A program made the position numbers and the translations under genes. Positions 38,068-50,478 of a DNA stretch of 64,000 nucleotides are shown here, piece after piece. The number at the start of each line of letters is the position of its first letter. Positions within the stretch are counted from its first letter, which is position 1. This DNA is from Selaginella moellendorffii. Its lineage: Eukaryota; Plantae; Lycopodiophyta. The notes below the pieces were generated by a model. It worked only from the letters and a program-made list of their open reading frames with translations. It was not told the origin of the DNA and made no database searches. The DNA is taken from contig NW_003314354.1 of NCBI RefSeq assembly GCF_000143415.4, positions 100,575-164,574 of the forward strand. The letters are read 5' to 3'.

Positions 38068-38354
38068 CTTCACTTCTATCCACCTATTCTTCTCGCTTGG
38101 ATTATCTTCCATTCCATTCCCTTGGGTATAATTTGTAGATACAATCTTCGATTTCCTGAACTATAATATTTGTATCTCATCGATGTTTCGATTACTGCGG
38201 AAGAATGGGAAATTTCTTGTAGCTCCCAAAAGACGTGGCTAGCAACATCTCTATCCGTACCGCACGGCAAGGCCACTACTACGTGCCGTACAGTGATTTC
38301 ATACGGATTTAGGGCGCCTTTGCCAATCTTCGTTGTTCTTGGCGGCAAAAGGAA

Positions 38355-40689
38355 ATGGCGGGCGATTCTTCGCTGGAGGTCGAAGAAGTGCCTGTCGCTG
38401 CCACTGCCGCCGCCGCTCCTCCTCCTCCTCCTCCTCCTCCAAATCAAAATCCTCCATCCAGCGGCGCCGGTGGCAGCCCCTGCTTCGACATCTCTGAGTT
38501 CTTGGGGACGCCGGGCCGCAAGGATGGATCCTCCTCGGGCGGCGGCAGCAATGCCGGCGGCAACACCGACGAAGTCTTCTCCAATCTCTCAGGCTTGAAT
38601 CTTTCCCCCTACATGCTGGCTCCGGCGATCCCGATCGCGTGTTGCAAGTCGGAGAGCGTGGATTCTCACCTCCACGACGCGGATTTCAGTGCCCTGCTGC
38701 TCTATCGGGCCCATAATCCGCACCATCGGGCCGGATCCGTGGCTGGATCGGGAGGAGGAGGATTATCGACGGCTGGAGCACAGGGCAATGGCGGCAATTG
38801 CCGGAGTCACAGCGGCAGCGGCGGTGGGGGCGGCGGCAGGGATTTTGGATTCGACGACATGGAGGCGCCATTCGGTCTCTTTGGATCTTGCTCGTCGATG
38901 GATCCATCCGACACCGCGGGAGCACTGGTAAATCATTCTATCGTTTCATCACCCTTCCCACCCGGAGAGGCTAGGTCGTGTTCTTCCTTCCCCATGTTTG
39001 GGCAGCATGGCTCTTTCTTGGCAGGCGATCACTGCTGTGGTGTTGGTGAGGACCTTCACGGGTCTTCCCTGGCCGCCGCCATGGGCGACGTTGTTGTGGG
39101 TGGTGGAGGACACCACAACTCTTTCGCGGGCAGCAATGCTTGCGACCACTGGGGTGTGCTGTGCGATGGAGGCGCAGCACATCACCACAGTGTCCACCAC
39201 CACCACTCCACCACCTCTTCTAACACACCACCATCTTTGCAGCAGCACAGCACTTCTTTGCAGTGTGACTCCTGCCAAATTCTACGCTGCATCATCCATT
39301 CCAATGGTGCTTAGCTTCACACCTCTTTTGTCCATTGCTTCTCTGTCTGGTTTTCCTTTTTGATCATCTTTCCTGTGCTTTGCAGTGCAGTGTTCTTGCG
39401 TACTTGTTTGTGTGTGTGTGTGTCATCGGCTGGCCTAGAGAGTTGAGGGTGGTCTCTTCAATTTTTTTCTCTCTGTGGTGGATGGAGTGAGTGCATATTT
39501 TGTGTGCTCAGCTCATATGGATCCATGTCCTTCCTCCGTTTTCTTTGTTGCCTCCCTCTTTCATACGAGACGCGCAGGTATTTAACCGCGCAGAGCTCAC
39601 AAAAGTGTTGCAGTGGCAGTAATTTTTTCTAACAAGGATTTTGGGCCCCAGGGGTTCAAGACACAAAGCTTGAGATTCATGGTTGTGATAATATAAGCTA
39701 CCATGCAGTGTTGCACACGAGGTTTTGTATCGACGATGGATTCCCAACGGCTTTGGAGCAACAGATGGTCGAGTAAGCCTCGGTGAAACTGTCCAGTTGT
39801 CCTCTGCTTCTTTCTTTTCTAATTCTATTGCTTTCTTCATTTTTCCGAGCTTCTAAAGAATGGTGGCTTTTGATTGTTCCAGGTTTCCAGTGGGAAACGC
39901 CGAGTACGTGAGACAGTTTCTGCTTCAATATAGTCTTCTTCGTAGAAAGGAAGGGTTTGTTCTCCGGCACGACTCTTTGTCTGCTGGAGTTGATCAAGGA
40001 TCAGGATTTAGTTTTGTCCCAGAACGTGGCTACAACGTATCTGGTGCATTTCTCTCCAAACAAATCGGTACGCTTTTCGTGAAACCTTACGTTTCCAGTA
40101 GTAGTTAATGAAGTGCTTTAAACCAGGAGCTGACTTCTCGAGCAACGGCGCGTATTCCAAGCCTGGACAGGCTAAACTACTCCAGAGCGGCTCTACTGAT
40201 GGCACCGACCAGGGAGAACCATCAGCGGCGCCTGCCAAGCCACCAAAGAGCAACGCTGCAGCCCAGGTTCTTTCCCTTGTAGTTTAGTTTTACCTCTCAC
40301 ACTCACCGGTGGACTTTCGCTGGCACCAGAGAGAGCGAACAGGGAAGCTCAAAATGTCCGACTTGGCACAACACTTCCACCTGCCTATCAATGCCGCGGC
40401 CAAGGAGCTGGGGATTTGCCCCACAGTCTTGAAAAAGATTTGCAGAAGGAATGGAATGAGGAGATGGCCACACCGCAAGGTGAGTGACGTGATTACTTCC
40501 TCGCGGTGGCAGCATTGGTTTTAAAGGTCTCTTGTTGCGCAGATAAAGAGCATAGAGCGTATAATCGCGACTTTGGAGCAAACGATCGCGGAAGGCGCGG
40601 GGCAAGGCGACGAAGGCATCCGGATGGAGATTGCGATGTTGAGAAACGAGAGAGCGCAGCTGTGTGCGGGGCTCTTGGGGCAGAATTGA
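38355..40689 (+). CDS. RKD: RWP-RK domain transcription factor (RKD type)
   Basis: HFHLPINAAAKELGICPTVLKKICRRNGMRRWPHRK/IKS, with an upstream CDSCQILRCIIHSNG..KLEIHG region; no PB1 domain, so RKD rather than NLP. Confidence 0.88.
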
Positions 40690-40967
40690 AAAGAGGTGGA
40701 GAGCGGGGGGAGAATTGCTGACCACCTCCTCCTTCGCGTCAAGTGTATATACTTTGGCTGCTGCGGCGATCGATGCTTGTTTGTTACCATTCTTTGATTC
40801 ATTCGTCATTGTACATTCGTGTTTTTGTAAAAAGACAAAAGGAAATTTCTAGTGCTTTTAAAGAAATGTTTTATTTTGGCAAAAAAAGTATGTCAAGGCA
40901 CCTTTTTAATTTATGTCTAAATATGGAGAGGGAATTTCAAACCCTAAAAAGCATGCAGGCGATTATA

Positions 40968-41277
40968 CAACTTCTACAGATCTCCCATCGCGCTCGACGG
41001 CAAACAAGGCGATGAAGTCGTTTCCGCGAGGTGGACATGGAGAAGGTGCGATGCGCAAGGTCGCCCACGGGGGCGGCATCGCTGGGCAGGACTGAAGAAG
41101 GATTGGGGGGAGATAAAGGTAGGGCGTGATGCGGACTGCCCTGCGTGCCAAGTTTGAGCAGCACGCTGATCTGCGGGCTCGCCTGGTGGCTACAAGGGGC
41201 AAGGCTCTTTTGGGCTGATGGCGGCGACGGCAGCGGGAAAAACATGCTGGGCAAGCTCCTCGTTAAATTCCTCTGTA
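40968..41277 (+). pseudogene. NADAR/YbiA-like remnant
   Basis: Pieces in different frames: NFYRSPIALDGK, QAMK, DWG, VMRTALRAKFEQHADLRARLVAT, FWADGGDGSGKNMLGKLL. The catalytic EHYF segment is missing. Confidence 0.75.
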
Positions 41278-41806
41278 AAGCCGGGCCGTGCCAGAACAGA
41301 GTATTTGAACTACATCTCTGAGAAAATCGCAAACTGGAGCGATCATGGACTCCAATCTGTATAGAGGAAACCCTTGAACATTGCAGTGTTGTGTTGATTC
41401 CACATGTACGAACATATCTAGCTTTTTCAAGACATGCTTAGAGTTGTCATGACAGTGGTCACAACTCTTTCTCCAAGAGCCAGCTCGTGGAACCATTATC
41501 ATGGCTCATCTATCCATTTGAGCCATAGGTGAAAATTTGCCCTCATTCACGATACATGATACAAGGATGTGGTTGATTTGATTTAATCTGCTTATCACGG
41601 TAATAGTACAACCTTTTGCCTTGAATATTTAAACGTTATGGACATGGCCATCAACGTTTGTGATTTGTGGCACCTATCTCAAATCAAGCGCGATGAAAAG
41701 GCAGCCACTTATATGCTTATGCGAAAGAACCAAATGAAGAAATTACATGATTGTTCGCCTTTGAAAACAAAAGGACGATAAGATTGTAGTTGCTGAGAAT
41801 TAGAAG

Positions 41807-44800
41807 TCAAGGATTGCTCCTAGAGTGCCTCTGGAATTTTGGGAGACCTTTTAGCCTTTTTAGGAGGCTTTGGATGCTTTGGCCTCTTGATAGCCTTGCA
41901 GTGCTTGGGTTTCTTCTCATGCTTGTTTGCCTCTTCAAATCGATGACAGCTCCACTCCGGCGCATGCTTGTCTGCTTCAAAATCACTAGTGAGCATGGAT
42001 TGGAATTCAAAAGTGAAACAGCATACCGGCAGAGACTGGCTGCGTTGTCCAATGGTTCGCGCAATTTGTAAATGTGGAGGAGAGTAGAACCATCACCAAC
42101 AACAAAACAGCATATCCCATGTCGAGAAGAAGCCCCGATTGAGAGACTTGAAAAGTTTCTAATATACAGTAGAGCCTACCATCATAAACCAGTCAGAAAT
42201 CCAATAAACAAAAAACTTTCGATGCGTACCGATTGATTGGCCATAAGCACGGAATTGAGCTTCTCTGTTTGCTCTAGCAACCTGTCGTGGGCTTTCATTT
42301 GATGAGGTAGAGGTTGTCAATCTGGCTTTCGTAAATCCAGCCTGAGCCTGGAGCCATAGTTTATTCACAAAAAAGAATTATAAAAAAAACGAAAGTAAAA
42401 GAGAAAGCTTACCAGGCGTTCCTGCCACCTTCTGCGAAGTGATAATTGCATCTGGGTTTCATCGTTGACTGCTAGTGCGCCTGTCTCTTTGTCGCTTGCA
42501 AGTGACACTGTTACCGAATTCAGGTCCGAGTTTCCAAGAGCCGCAGAAAAAGTTTGATCCTCAACAGCCGAATTGATGGAGAAAAGAGGTAATGCTGCCG
42601 AAGTATACAAATGTTTAGTAATCCACACAAAAGAAGCTTACCTTTGGCTTGAAAAGCGTTCTGTAAGACGTCAACAACGGCTAGCTTCCTCCGCTTATGC
42701 ACTGGAGCAGCATTGTCTGCACTGATCCTGCAAGCTTTCTCCAAAGCCGCCATCGCTTGTATGGCCTTATTCCTTTCGAGGTTTGCACTCGTTTTGATGT
42801 CTGGTTTGAACAAGTCCAGCTGTGATATAGAGGACGAGAGGTTCTCAGTTTGCGCAGCCAGCACTAAAGGATGCCTTTCGCTTAGCAAATCCATACGAAG
42901 AGTCGGGCCATGTGCTCGCGAGCCTGTCATAAAGCTTAAAAAGCGAAGCAAGCCAGAGAAACAGATAGACGTACCATCTGCTCTGAGTCGAACCCAAACC
43001 GTGTCCATGAGTTTATATTCTCTGTCACACCGTCCATCTGTAACGTCCTGAAAGTTCTACAAAAGTCAGAAGAGGAACACATCGGATACAAATAATTTAC
43101 AGTAATTTTTATGCTTGTCTTCTGTTTGATTAGGCGATATTGTTTCTCTGACGTCTCAGAATGCATTTCAGGTAATATAACTCGCCCATTTTTATCCTGT
43201 TGAAAAAATAAGAAGTAATTTGAGAGAGAGAACAAAACGTCTTACCTCCAGAAGCACGAGACCACGGAGATCGTATTTGGGTACGAACACCATAATACCC
43301 TTCGTCGTGACACCGATGACCTGATAGTTCCAAAAGTTAAGCTTATGCATTCGGTTTTTGTTTCTGCGTACCACAGCAAGCTCTGCTTTGGCTTGTTTCT
43401 GGAGAAACATCAGTAAATAGAGCTCATTGCATTCCTTCTGAGCTCGCTTACTGGTTCGGTGCTTTTCATTCAAGTGTTCCGCGACCTTCAACAAAAACTT
43501 AATTCAACCATCACAGAAATTCCAGTTTTTACCTCCTGAAGCTCAATAGAACTCATTATATGTGGAACTTTGACAATGCCAGACTCTAGGTTTTGCTCCT
43601 GGCACGCTGCTATAAGCATCCGGTGCGCAAGGATGTCAGCATAGCGCCGTATTGGTGACGTGAAGTGTGTATAAAACCTGAGGTTGTGTTAAACGTGTCC
43701 AAGGTAGCTTGATACTTACTCTAGCGCTAATCCATAATGATAGAAATGAGAAGGCTCTAGATTCTCGCCAGTAGAGAAATATTCTGCCTACATGACGAAA
43801 CTATAACATAAAATGTGATCAATGTTTTCGTTACATTTTTTACCTCTGACATTGCACGCGTAACAAGAGCTCTGAAGGCACGCTATTTGTGTGTAAAACC
43901 CACAGTTAGATAAGTTCACCCCCTAAACTGCCAATGTACCTCAACAACAAAATCGCCACTATCGCGCATACGGTCCAAAGAAGCCGCAAGTTGCTGTAGC
44001 ATGGGAGTAAGTGCTAGTAAAATATCGTGAACATTCTTGCCTTGTTGCTTGAAACGTCCAAAACAAATCCTCGCGCTTCACAGCACTGCAATGAACAAAG
44101 ATCCGATATAGGAAGGAAAAAAAATGCCCTCTGGCTAACCTCTAGCAACGTTGTGAAGCTATCAATCTTTGGTGGAGAATGTTTCCGAAGAAGTGCGCAA
44201 CTGGGAAATGCTCTGCATGAAGTACACTTTAAAAACAGATCTAGAATTCCACTAAGCTTACCGGTAGATCTTCTCACCAACACAAGCATTGGCATATATC
44301 ATCATCTCCGCAACTATCCAATTCATCTGATATAAACTGATCAAATGACAATAATGGCGGAAAAACCAAAAACTCACAGGTAGCTCAACTTTCGTTTCCA
44401 CTTGCACAGGCTCTCTTCTCTCATCAATTTCGAACTTTAGTTCCGTACTGGCTAATTCCAAAGCACCATTGACCCGCCTAAATAAGCGTCTGCTCTGAAA
44501 TGTAATGTCAACTAGGAAGTTGAGGCAATTACCATGTTAGCTTACCTGAGCAAAAGTACCAAGCAGAAGGAGGTCACTTTGTAATTGGGACAGATCATTG
44601 GAGCCGCTCTTAATTTCCCAGCCGGGAGGTAAACGTTTTCCCTCCATAATAGTTTCAGCTTGAGCATAGAAGAGCTGAAAGCGAGGAACAGTGTGAAGAC
44701 ATAAAGGATACCTGAAATTTCGCACCTGATATCGAGAACGTATTATCGTTCTTCCAAACCATGTTTTGACAACTTCAAAATTGCTTTGGCGGTCCAATGT

Positions 44801-47279
44801 CCATATTACACTTACAGCCAGCCTATCTTTTCCTCCAACTAACGAGCAGAGATTCTCACTGTAACAGATCAAACTTTCAGGGAGATAAGAAAAATCATCA
44901 AAGCTACCTTAAAACTGAAGGAAGCATATGCCAGCTTTTTCCAACCATATAGACAGTGGTTCCGCGAGATCTAGCCTCGAGGTCTAGAAGACTTCCTTGC
45001 TTCACAAAGTATGAAACGTCAGCTATATGGACTCCTATCTGAAATAAACGAAAGGATTATGCACGTATTCCAAGTAGTGACGGATGGATACCTCGACCAT
45101 GCCATTCTCCAGATCACTCACTGACAGGACATCATCCACATCCTTGCTTCCAGGAGGATCAATGCTGAGAAGAAAAGAAAAGAAGAAGTGACACAAGCCA
45201 GCCTGAATGCCTGGTACCTGCAGCTACGATGAGAAAACCGGATATCTCTCCGAACGGCAAATTCTTCTTCAGGTATACTCCACGGGTTATCCAACGAATC
45301 CTCAGGAAGTTCCTGCAGCGATCTGATGCTGCGGTGAGTAGGAAATAAGAAAAGAGGAGACCTTACAAATTGCTAAATGGAGCTACCGAGATTCCATTTT
45401 CCACCAGTATAGCGTTCAGTTCGGCATTCAAATCGCCGATAGGACCCAGAGATCGCACAACATGGCCCCTTGGAAATCTCGAGTCAAGTTCCCAGTTATC
45501 TATACGCAATATAAATCTTTGATTGGATAGACGTAGTCCTTGGCGAGTGCTAACCTCGACCAGAGGAATGCGCTTGTCCATTGGTACGCACAATAAGCGT
45601 TCCTGCCTGCACGTTGGTCACATATACAAACTTAGTTTCCAAAAAAAAGGCTTACCTCGAAGCGGTTAGAAAAGCTTCATCTTCTTCCAAGAGGCAAGCG
45701 ACGTAGTCTCGTTGGTTCCTTTGTAATATGCCAACGACCTCTCCAGAAATAAGAGCATCATCAGATAAATGTCTGCTACCTTCCTCGTCGTCCAGCACAT
45801 CTTCATTGAGTATGTCTTCGTTTTCATTTTCCGTGAGTCTTAGCTTGCAAGTTTTTACCTGTGGCATAAGAAGATTAAGACACACTAATGGAGGATAAAC
45901 ATACACTTACTACGACTGTATCCCCATGTATCGCCCTGTTTTGGAATACTCGACCAGCAACAACAATTTCCAGCCGCGATGCCTCCCCTTTATTACTGCA
46001 CATGATACTCCATGAGACTGGTCATCAAGTTAGTCTAGAGAATCTACCTAGGACGAACCAATGCTTCTGATGGTGCGTGACGATTAACAAAGAAGACACC
46101 CACCCTCAAGTCCCCTCTCGACATTCCAGCCTCCAGCGAAATTGCTGTTCAGCAAGAGACATACTTGTAAAGCCATCAGATAAAAGAACATGACTTACTT
46201 GATAGATGCTCTTTGTACAATCCCTTGCCTCCTCCGGACGGTGGCATTCTGCCATCACTAAGTTTGGCTTTCACTTCAACTGCTTCTATTATTGTGGCAG
46301 ACTGTAATTGAAAAAAACAGAGAAAGAAAATGATCGAGAACGGTCAAACAAAGAGAACTCACCAGCGATGTGAAGAGGTCAGCCACAGAAGAATCGTGAT
46401 TCCAATACTTTGAAAAATATGTACCGGCTTCGAGAACCTGTAAATCAGAAAATTACTCGCCAGCTTTCGCGTAACTATCAGCTCACTTCAACAGTTGTGC
46501 GAGGCTCAGTTAAATTTCTACCGGAATCCGTCGACGTCAAACCAGTTAGCAGCACCACTGGAACACCTCCGTTGATGTGATTGGCAAACCATACTGTGAC
46601 TTCTTTCAGATAATTCGAAGAAGCCGCTTCGCAGCGTGATAGCCAAGTATATATGCAATGCCGATCGTCAAACACAATGTTGCATCGCCTGTGGTCAGTA
46701 AAGATCGATCTGAACAGATTATGTAGCTTTAAGAACATCCTCGAGAAACCAAAAACGATAAATTTACCGCAGCCTTCGCCAGCTCCGTTGGCCTAATTTT
46801 TCTTGCACCTTCAATGCATGACACACAAATGGTCTCATGAACAAAACCATTCCCGAAAAGGAAGCAGAAAAAACGCACCTCTTTCAGAACGGACGTAAGA
46901 AATATCACAGCAGAGAATTGCGGAAGCTCCAATATCTCCCAGAATTGGAGAACAGCATCAGCATTTGGAAGCTAGAGCAGAAATCCAAGGAATTAATCAA
47001 ACAATGTAGAAAGAAGGAGGAGGAGCTCGCTTCAGTATTACCAGGTAATGCGATGCGTCGGGAGGTAGACGAGGCAAATGCGAAGCACACGAGGAACATA
47101 GAGGACTGCCGCAGGGAATATCATCCCGCAAATAAATCTCCTCCGCCACGATCGAGATCGCTTTGGATCGCCTCTTGAACTTGCAGCGGCGATCCGCCTG
47201 AGCAGCGCCAAGGCATTTAGGATGAGAATCGATCGATCAGCGGCAGTGGACTCACCTTGCGCGCTACCCACAGCGCCAT
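41807..47279 (-). CDS. DIS3L: DIS3-like exoribonuclease (CR3/PIN + RNB + S1), DIS3L1-type, many short introns; 3' end uncertain
   Basis: [90 protein letters not shown]. Confidence 0.85.
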
Positions 47280-47318
47280 GGCGACTCATAAACCCTAGAG
47301 AAATTTAAATTTTATTTA

Positions 47319-48179
47319 TCATTGTTGGAAGGGAGAGTTATCAAAATCGCTGGCCGAGAAAGGCTTGGCACTGGGCTTTAGAAACTCGGGTCCATTGTCA
47401 TGGATGTTCTTGCAAAGCGAGTTATACTCGTGGAGCGTGGTTTCCAGGATTTGCTTCATATCTTTGACATCGCTACGAAGCTTTCCAACTGATGAAAATG
47501 AAAATAAAGAGACCAAAGATTGAAAGGAAGTAAGCAAACCTTGATCGAGATGCGAAGCAGTAGTTCTCATCACCGAGGCCGAATGTCCCAAGCGCTGGAA
47601 CAATTTGAGAGCTAGTTCTTCCACTGCCTCGATCCTGTATCCCAGATCTTCCTGTTGATCGCATCCATCACAAAAACTTAGCAGCCTTCTTTCCTTCACG
47701 AGAATTGAAAGGCTCGGACCTGGCGCTTGCAAAGCTTTGTGGCATTTTCCTTTTGCCACTCGTGGTACAACGAAAAGAGCTCGGCAGTCGCGGTGGCGTC
47801 CAGAGACACTACAAGAACGTAAACAGTAACTTAGACCAGGATAGAGGATAGACCAAGTCTCTATGGTGTTTGCTCACGATTCTCAACCGAGGTTTGGCTG
47901 GGACTAGACTGGCCGAGGAGGATCTCCTTGAGTCCGCTCTCTGGCGAGGAATGGCCGGGGAGCAACGCTCCAGCCTGACTTCATCGGAAGCAAATTCCAA
48001 TTTGAAATGGACAAAGCTTACAACTTTGAGCGAGTGAAGCGCCTTCAAATTTGGATCCACGCCACCGCCCTTGCTCTCGGAGATTGTTGTGATCTCATCC
48101 TGGGCGGTAGAAAATAGAAAAGAAAACTCAAAGCGACAAACCAAAGCACCTTGAGCGACCTGGACTCCGTCGCCCCCAT
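47319..48179 (-). CDS. Coiled-coil protein with MG N-terminus (myristoylation-like), probable BORCS5/LOH12CR1-like
   Basis: Spliced MGATESRSLK/DEITTIS..VDPNLKAL..LYHEWQKENATKLCKRQ/EDLGYRIEAVEELALKLFQR..; family assignment from recalled similarity only. Confidence 0.6.
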
Positions 48180-48460
48180 TGCAAACCCTAGAGAATTTTC
48201 GCATTCAAAAACACAAACAAGTTGCTGGATTCTCTCCAACTACGTTACATTTGCTTGATTATACTACTTGTAATTGTTTGAAGGCTAAATCCCTGACTTT
48301 CAACACGTTTGCAGGCTTCAACCAGATATAAAAATCAACAAAAAAAAAAAAAAAGAGCAAGTGGACAGCCTTCACTTTGCTTTGTCCTAGTATATAATCG
48401 AGAGGATGCATTGGTGGTATCAACAGAACAACTTTCCTCTTTCCTTTTCGAGCTTCGCCA

Positions 48461-49971
48461 ATGTCTTTGATTACACTCATTTCCATCATAGTCTTGATAG
48501 TTACTTGGTTCATTAAATGGACAAGTGTTCGAAAAGATCTTCCACCGGGGCCATGGGGGCTCCCCTTGATCGGCCACCTCCATCACTTGATCCATCTTCC
48601 TCATCAATCTCTCCACCATTTGTCTCGCAAATACGGTCCCGTGATGAGCATCAAGCTGGGAAACAAGACCGCCATCGTCGTCTCCTCCAAGCAAGCCGCC
48701 AAGGAAGTCCTCACCTCTTTCGATAAGGTGTTCGCTTCAAGGCCGTGCTTGATCTCTCCCGAGTCCTTGTGCTATGGATCGCGCGACATCGCGTGCTGCG
48801 AGTATGGCCCCTACTGGAGGCAAATGAAGAAGCTGTGCATGACACACCTCTTCACTGCCAAGCGGCTGGAGGATTTCCGGAGCATCCGGCTGGAAGAAAC
48901 GCTCGAACTCTTGCGTGACATCGCCTCGAATCAAGCAAGGCCTGTGGACATGAAGTCAAAGCTCTCCATGCTCACGTTTAACGTCATCACGCGCATGACG
49001 TTTACCAAGAGGTTCTACGATCGCTGGTCCGCGGCGAGCGATCCCAGGTTCGTGGAGGTGATCCTCGAGGCTGTGAGCTTGATGGGGGCCGTGAACATCG
49101 GCGACTACATCCCCTGGCTGTCATGGCTAGACCTCGGGGGCTATCACAAGCGGCTCGAGAAAACGAGCAAGGAGATTGACGAAGTTCTACAAAGGTTGAT
49201 TGATCAACATCGCGAGGCAGCGCTGCCACTCCGCGACGATCCTGGCGATTTGATCCACACTTTCTTGTCGCTGGGAGTAGACGACAAGTCCATGAAAGGC
49301 GTGATCCTTGTAAGTTGCTAAGAACTCTCCATAGTGTACTAACGTTTTTGCTTTCACAGGATATCCTAGCGGGAGGAACGGACACCACGGCAGTGACTAC
49401 GGAGTGGGCGCTCTCGGAGCTGATAAGAAATCCGGGAACTCTTCAAGAGCTGCGACAAGAGATCCAAAACATTGTGGGCGATGAGCGACTGGTGGAAGAA
49501 TCCGACCTTCAAAAGCTCCACTATCTCAGGGCAGTCATCAAGGAGACATTTCGCTTGCATCCCGCGGCTCCTTTGATGGCACCCCACGAATCAATCGACG
49601 ACTGCGAGCTTCAGGGATACAAGATCCCCAGGAAGACCTGGCTCATGGTGAATCTCTGGTCTCTCGGGCGGGATCCACGCTCGTGGGAATCTCCAGAGGC
49701 TTTCAAGCCGGAGAGGTTTCTTGGAAGTTCGATCGATGTCAAAGGCAATGACTTCGAGCTGATTCCTTTCGGATCCGGGAGGCGAATTTGCGCGGGAATG
49801 TCACTGGCCTTGATCATGGTCGGGCTCACTCTTGCTCGCCTCGTCCAAGCCTTTGATTGGAGCCTTCCAGGGAATGAAGAGATGAACATGGAAGAAAGCC
49901 AAGGCGTGATCATGCGCAGGAGGAAACCTCTAGTAGTAAGTGCAAAATGGAGGCTTAATATGCAATCTTAA
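48461..49971 (+). CDS. Cytochrome P450, CYP71 clan, two exons (intron 49310-49359)
   Basis: N-terminal anchor, LPPGP, AGGTDT, KETFR, PERF and FGSGRRICAG heme motif. Confidence 0.96.
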
Positions 49972-50478
49972 AAATGACAAAAATGACCAAGTTAAATTGT
50001 GTTTAAAAGTATAATATAGCACCCTTTAACAAATTACCCACGAGGCCATCTCAAGCCAAGTAAAACAGGAGAAGCTGTAAGTCACATGGCTGTTTAAATC
50101 CACTTGAGAGGCTGGAGCTCTTACTTAGGCCAAGACAAACATCTCAATAGGAACAATGTCAATTAGTACTGCTGCTCTAGAATTGGCAAGAGCAAAATGC
50201 AATTATGTGTAAAGCATTTTGGCTCCAAAGTTAGCTTGTATAAACTTTAGGAGTTTATTAAATTAGTACATTTAATAGTAATTCACCACACTATTAGATT
50301 TTGTAACCAACATTAAAATATCAGTAAATATTCCATAAGGCTTTCATTTGGGTTTGTCAAGGCATGGTGCTAGCAAGTGTACCATAATACAACTTTTAAA
50401 TTTTTGGCTTTTTTTAGATTAAAAATATTTGTTTTAGATTATTGCTTTAAATTTTAAATTTAGATAAATTTTAATTAT

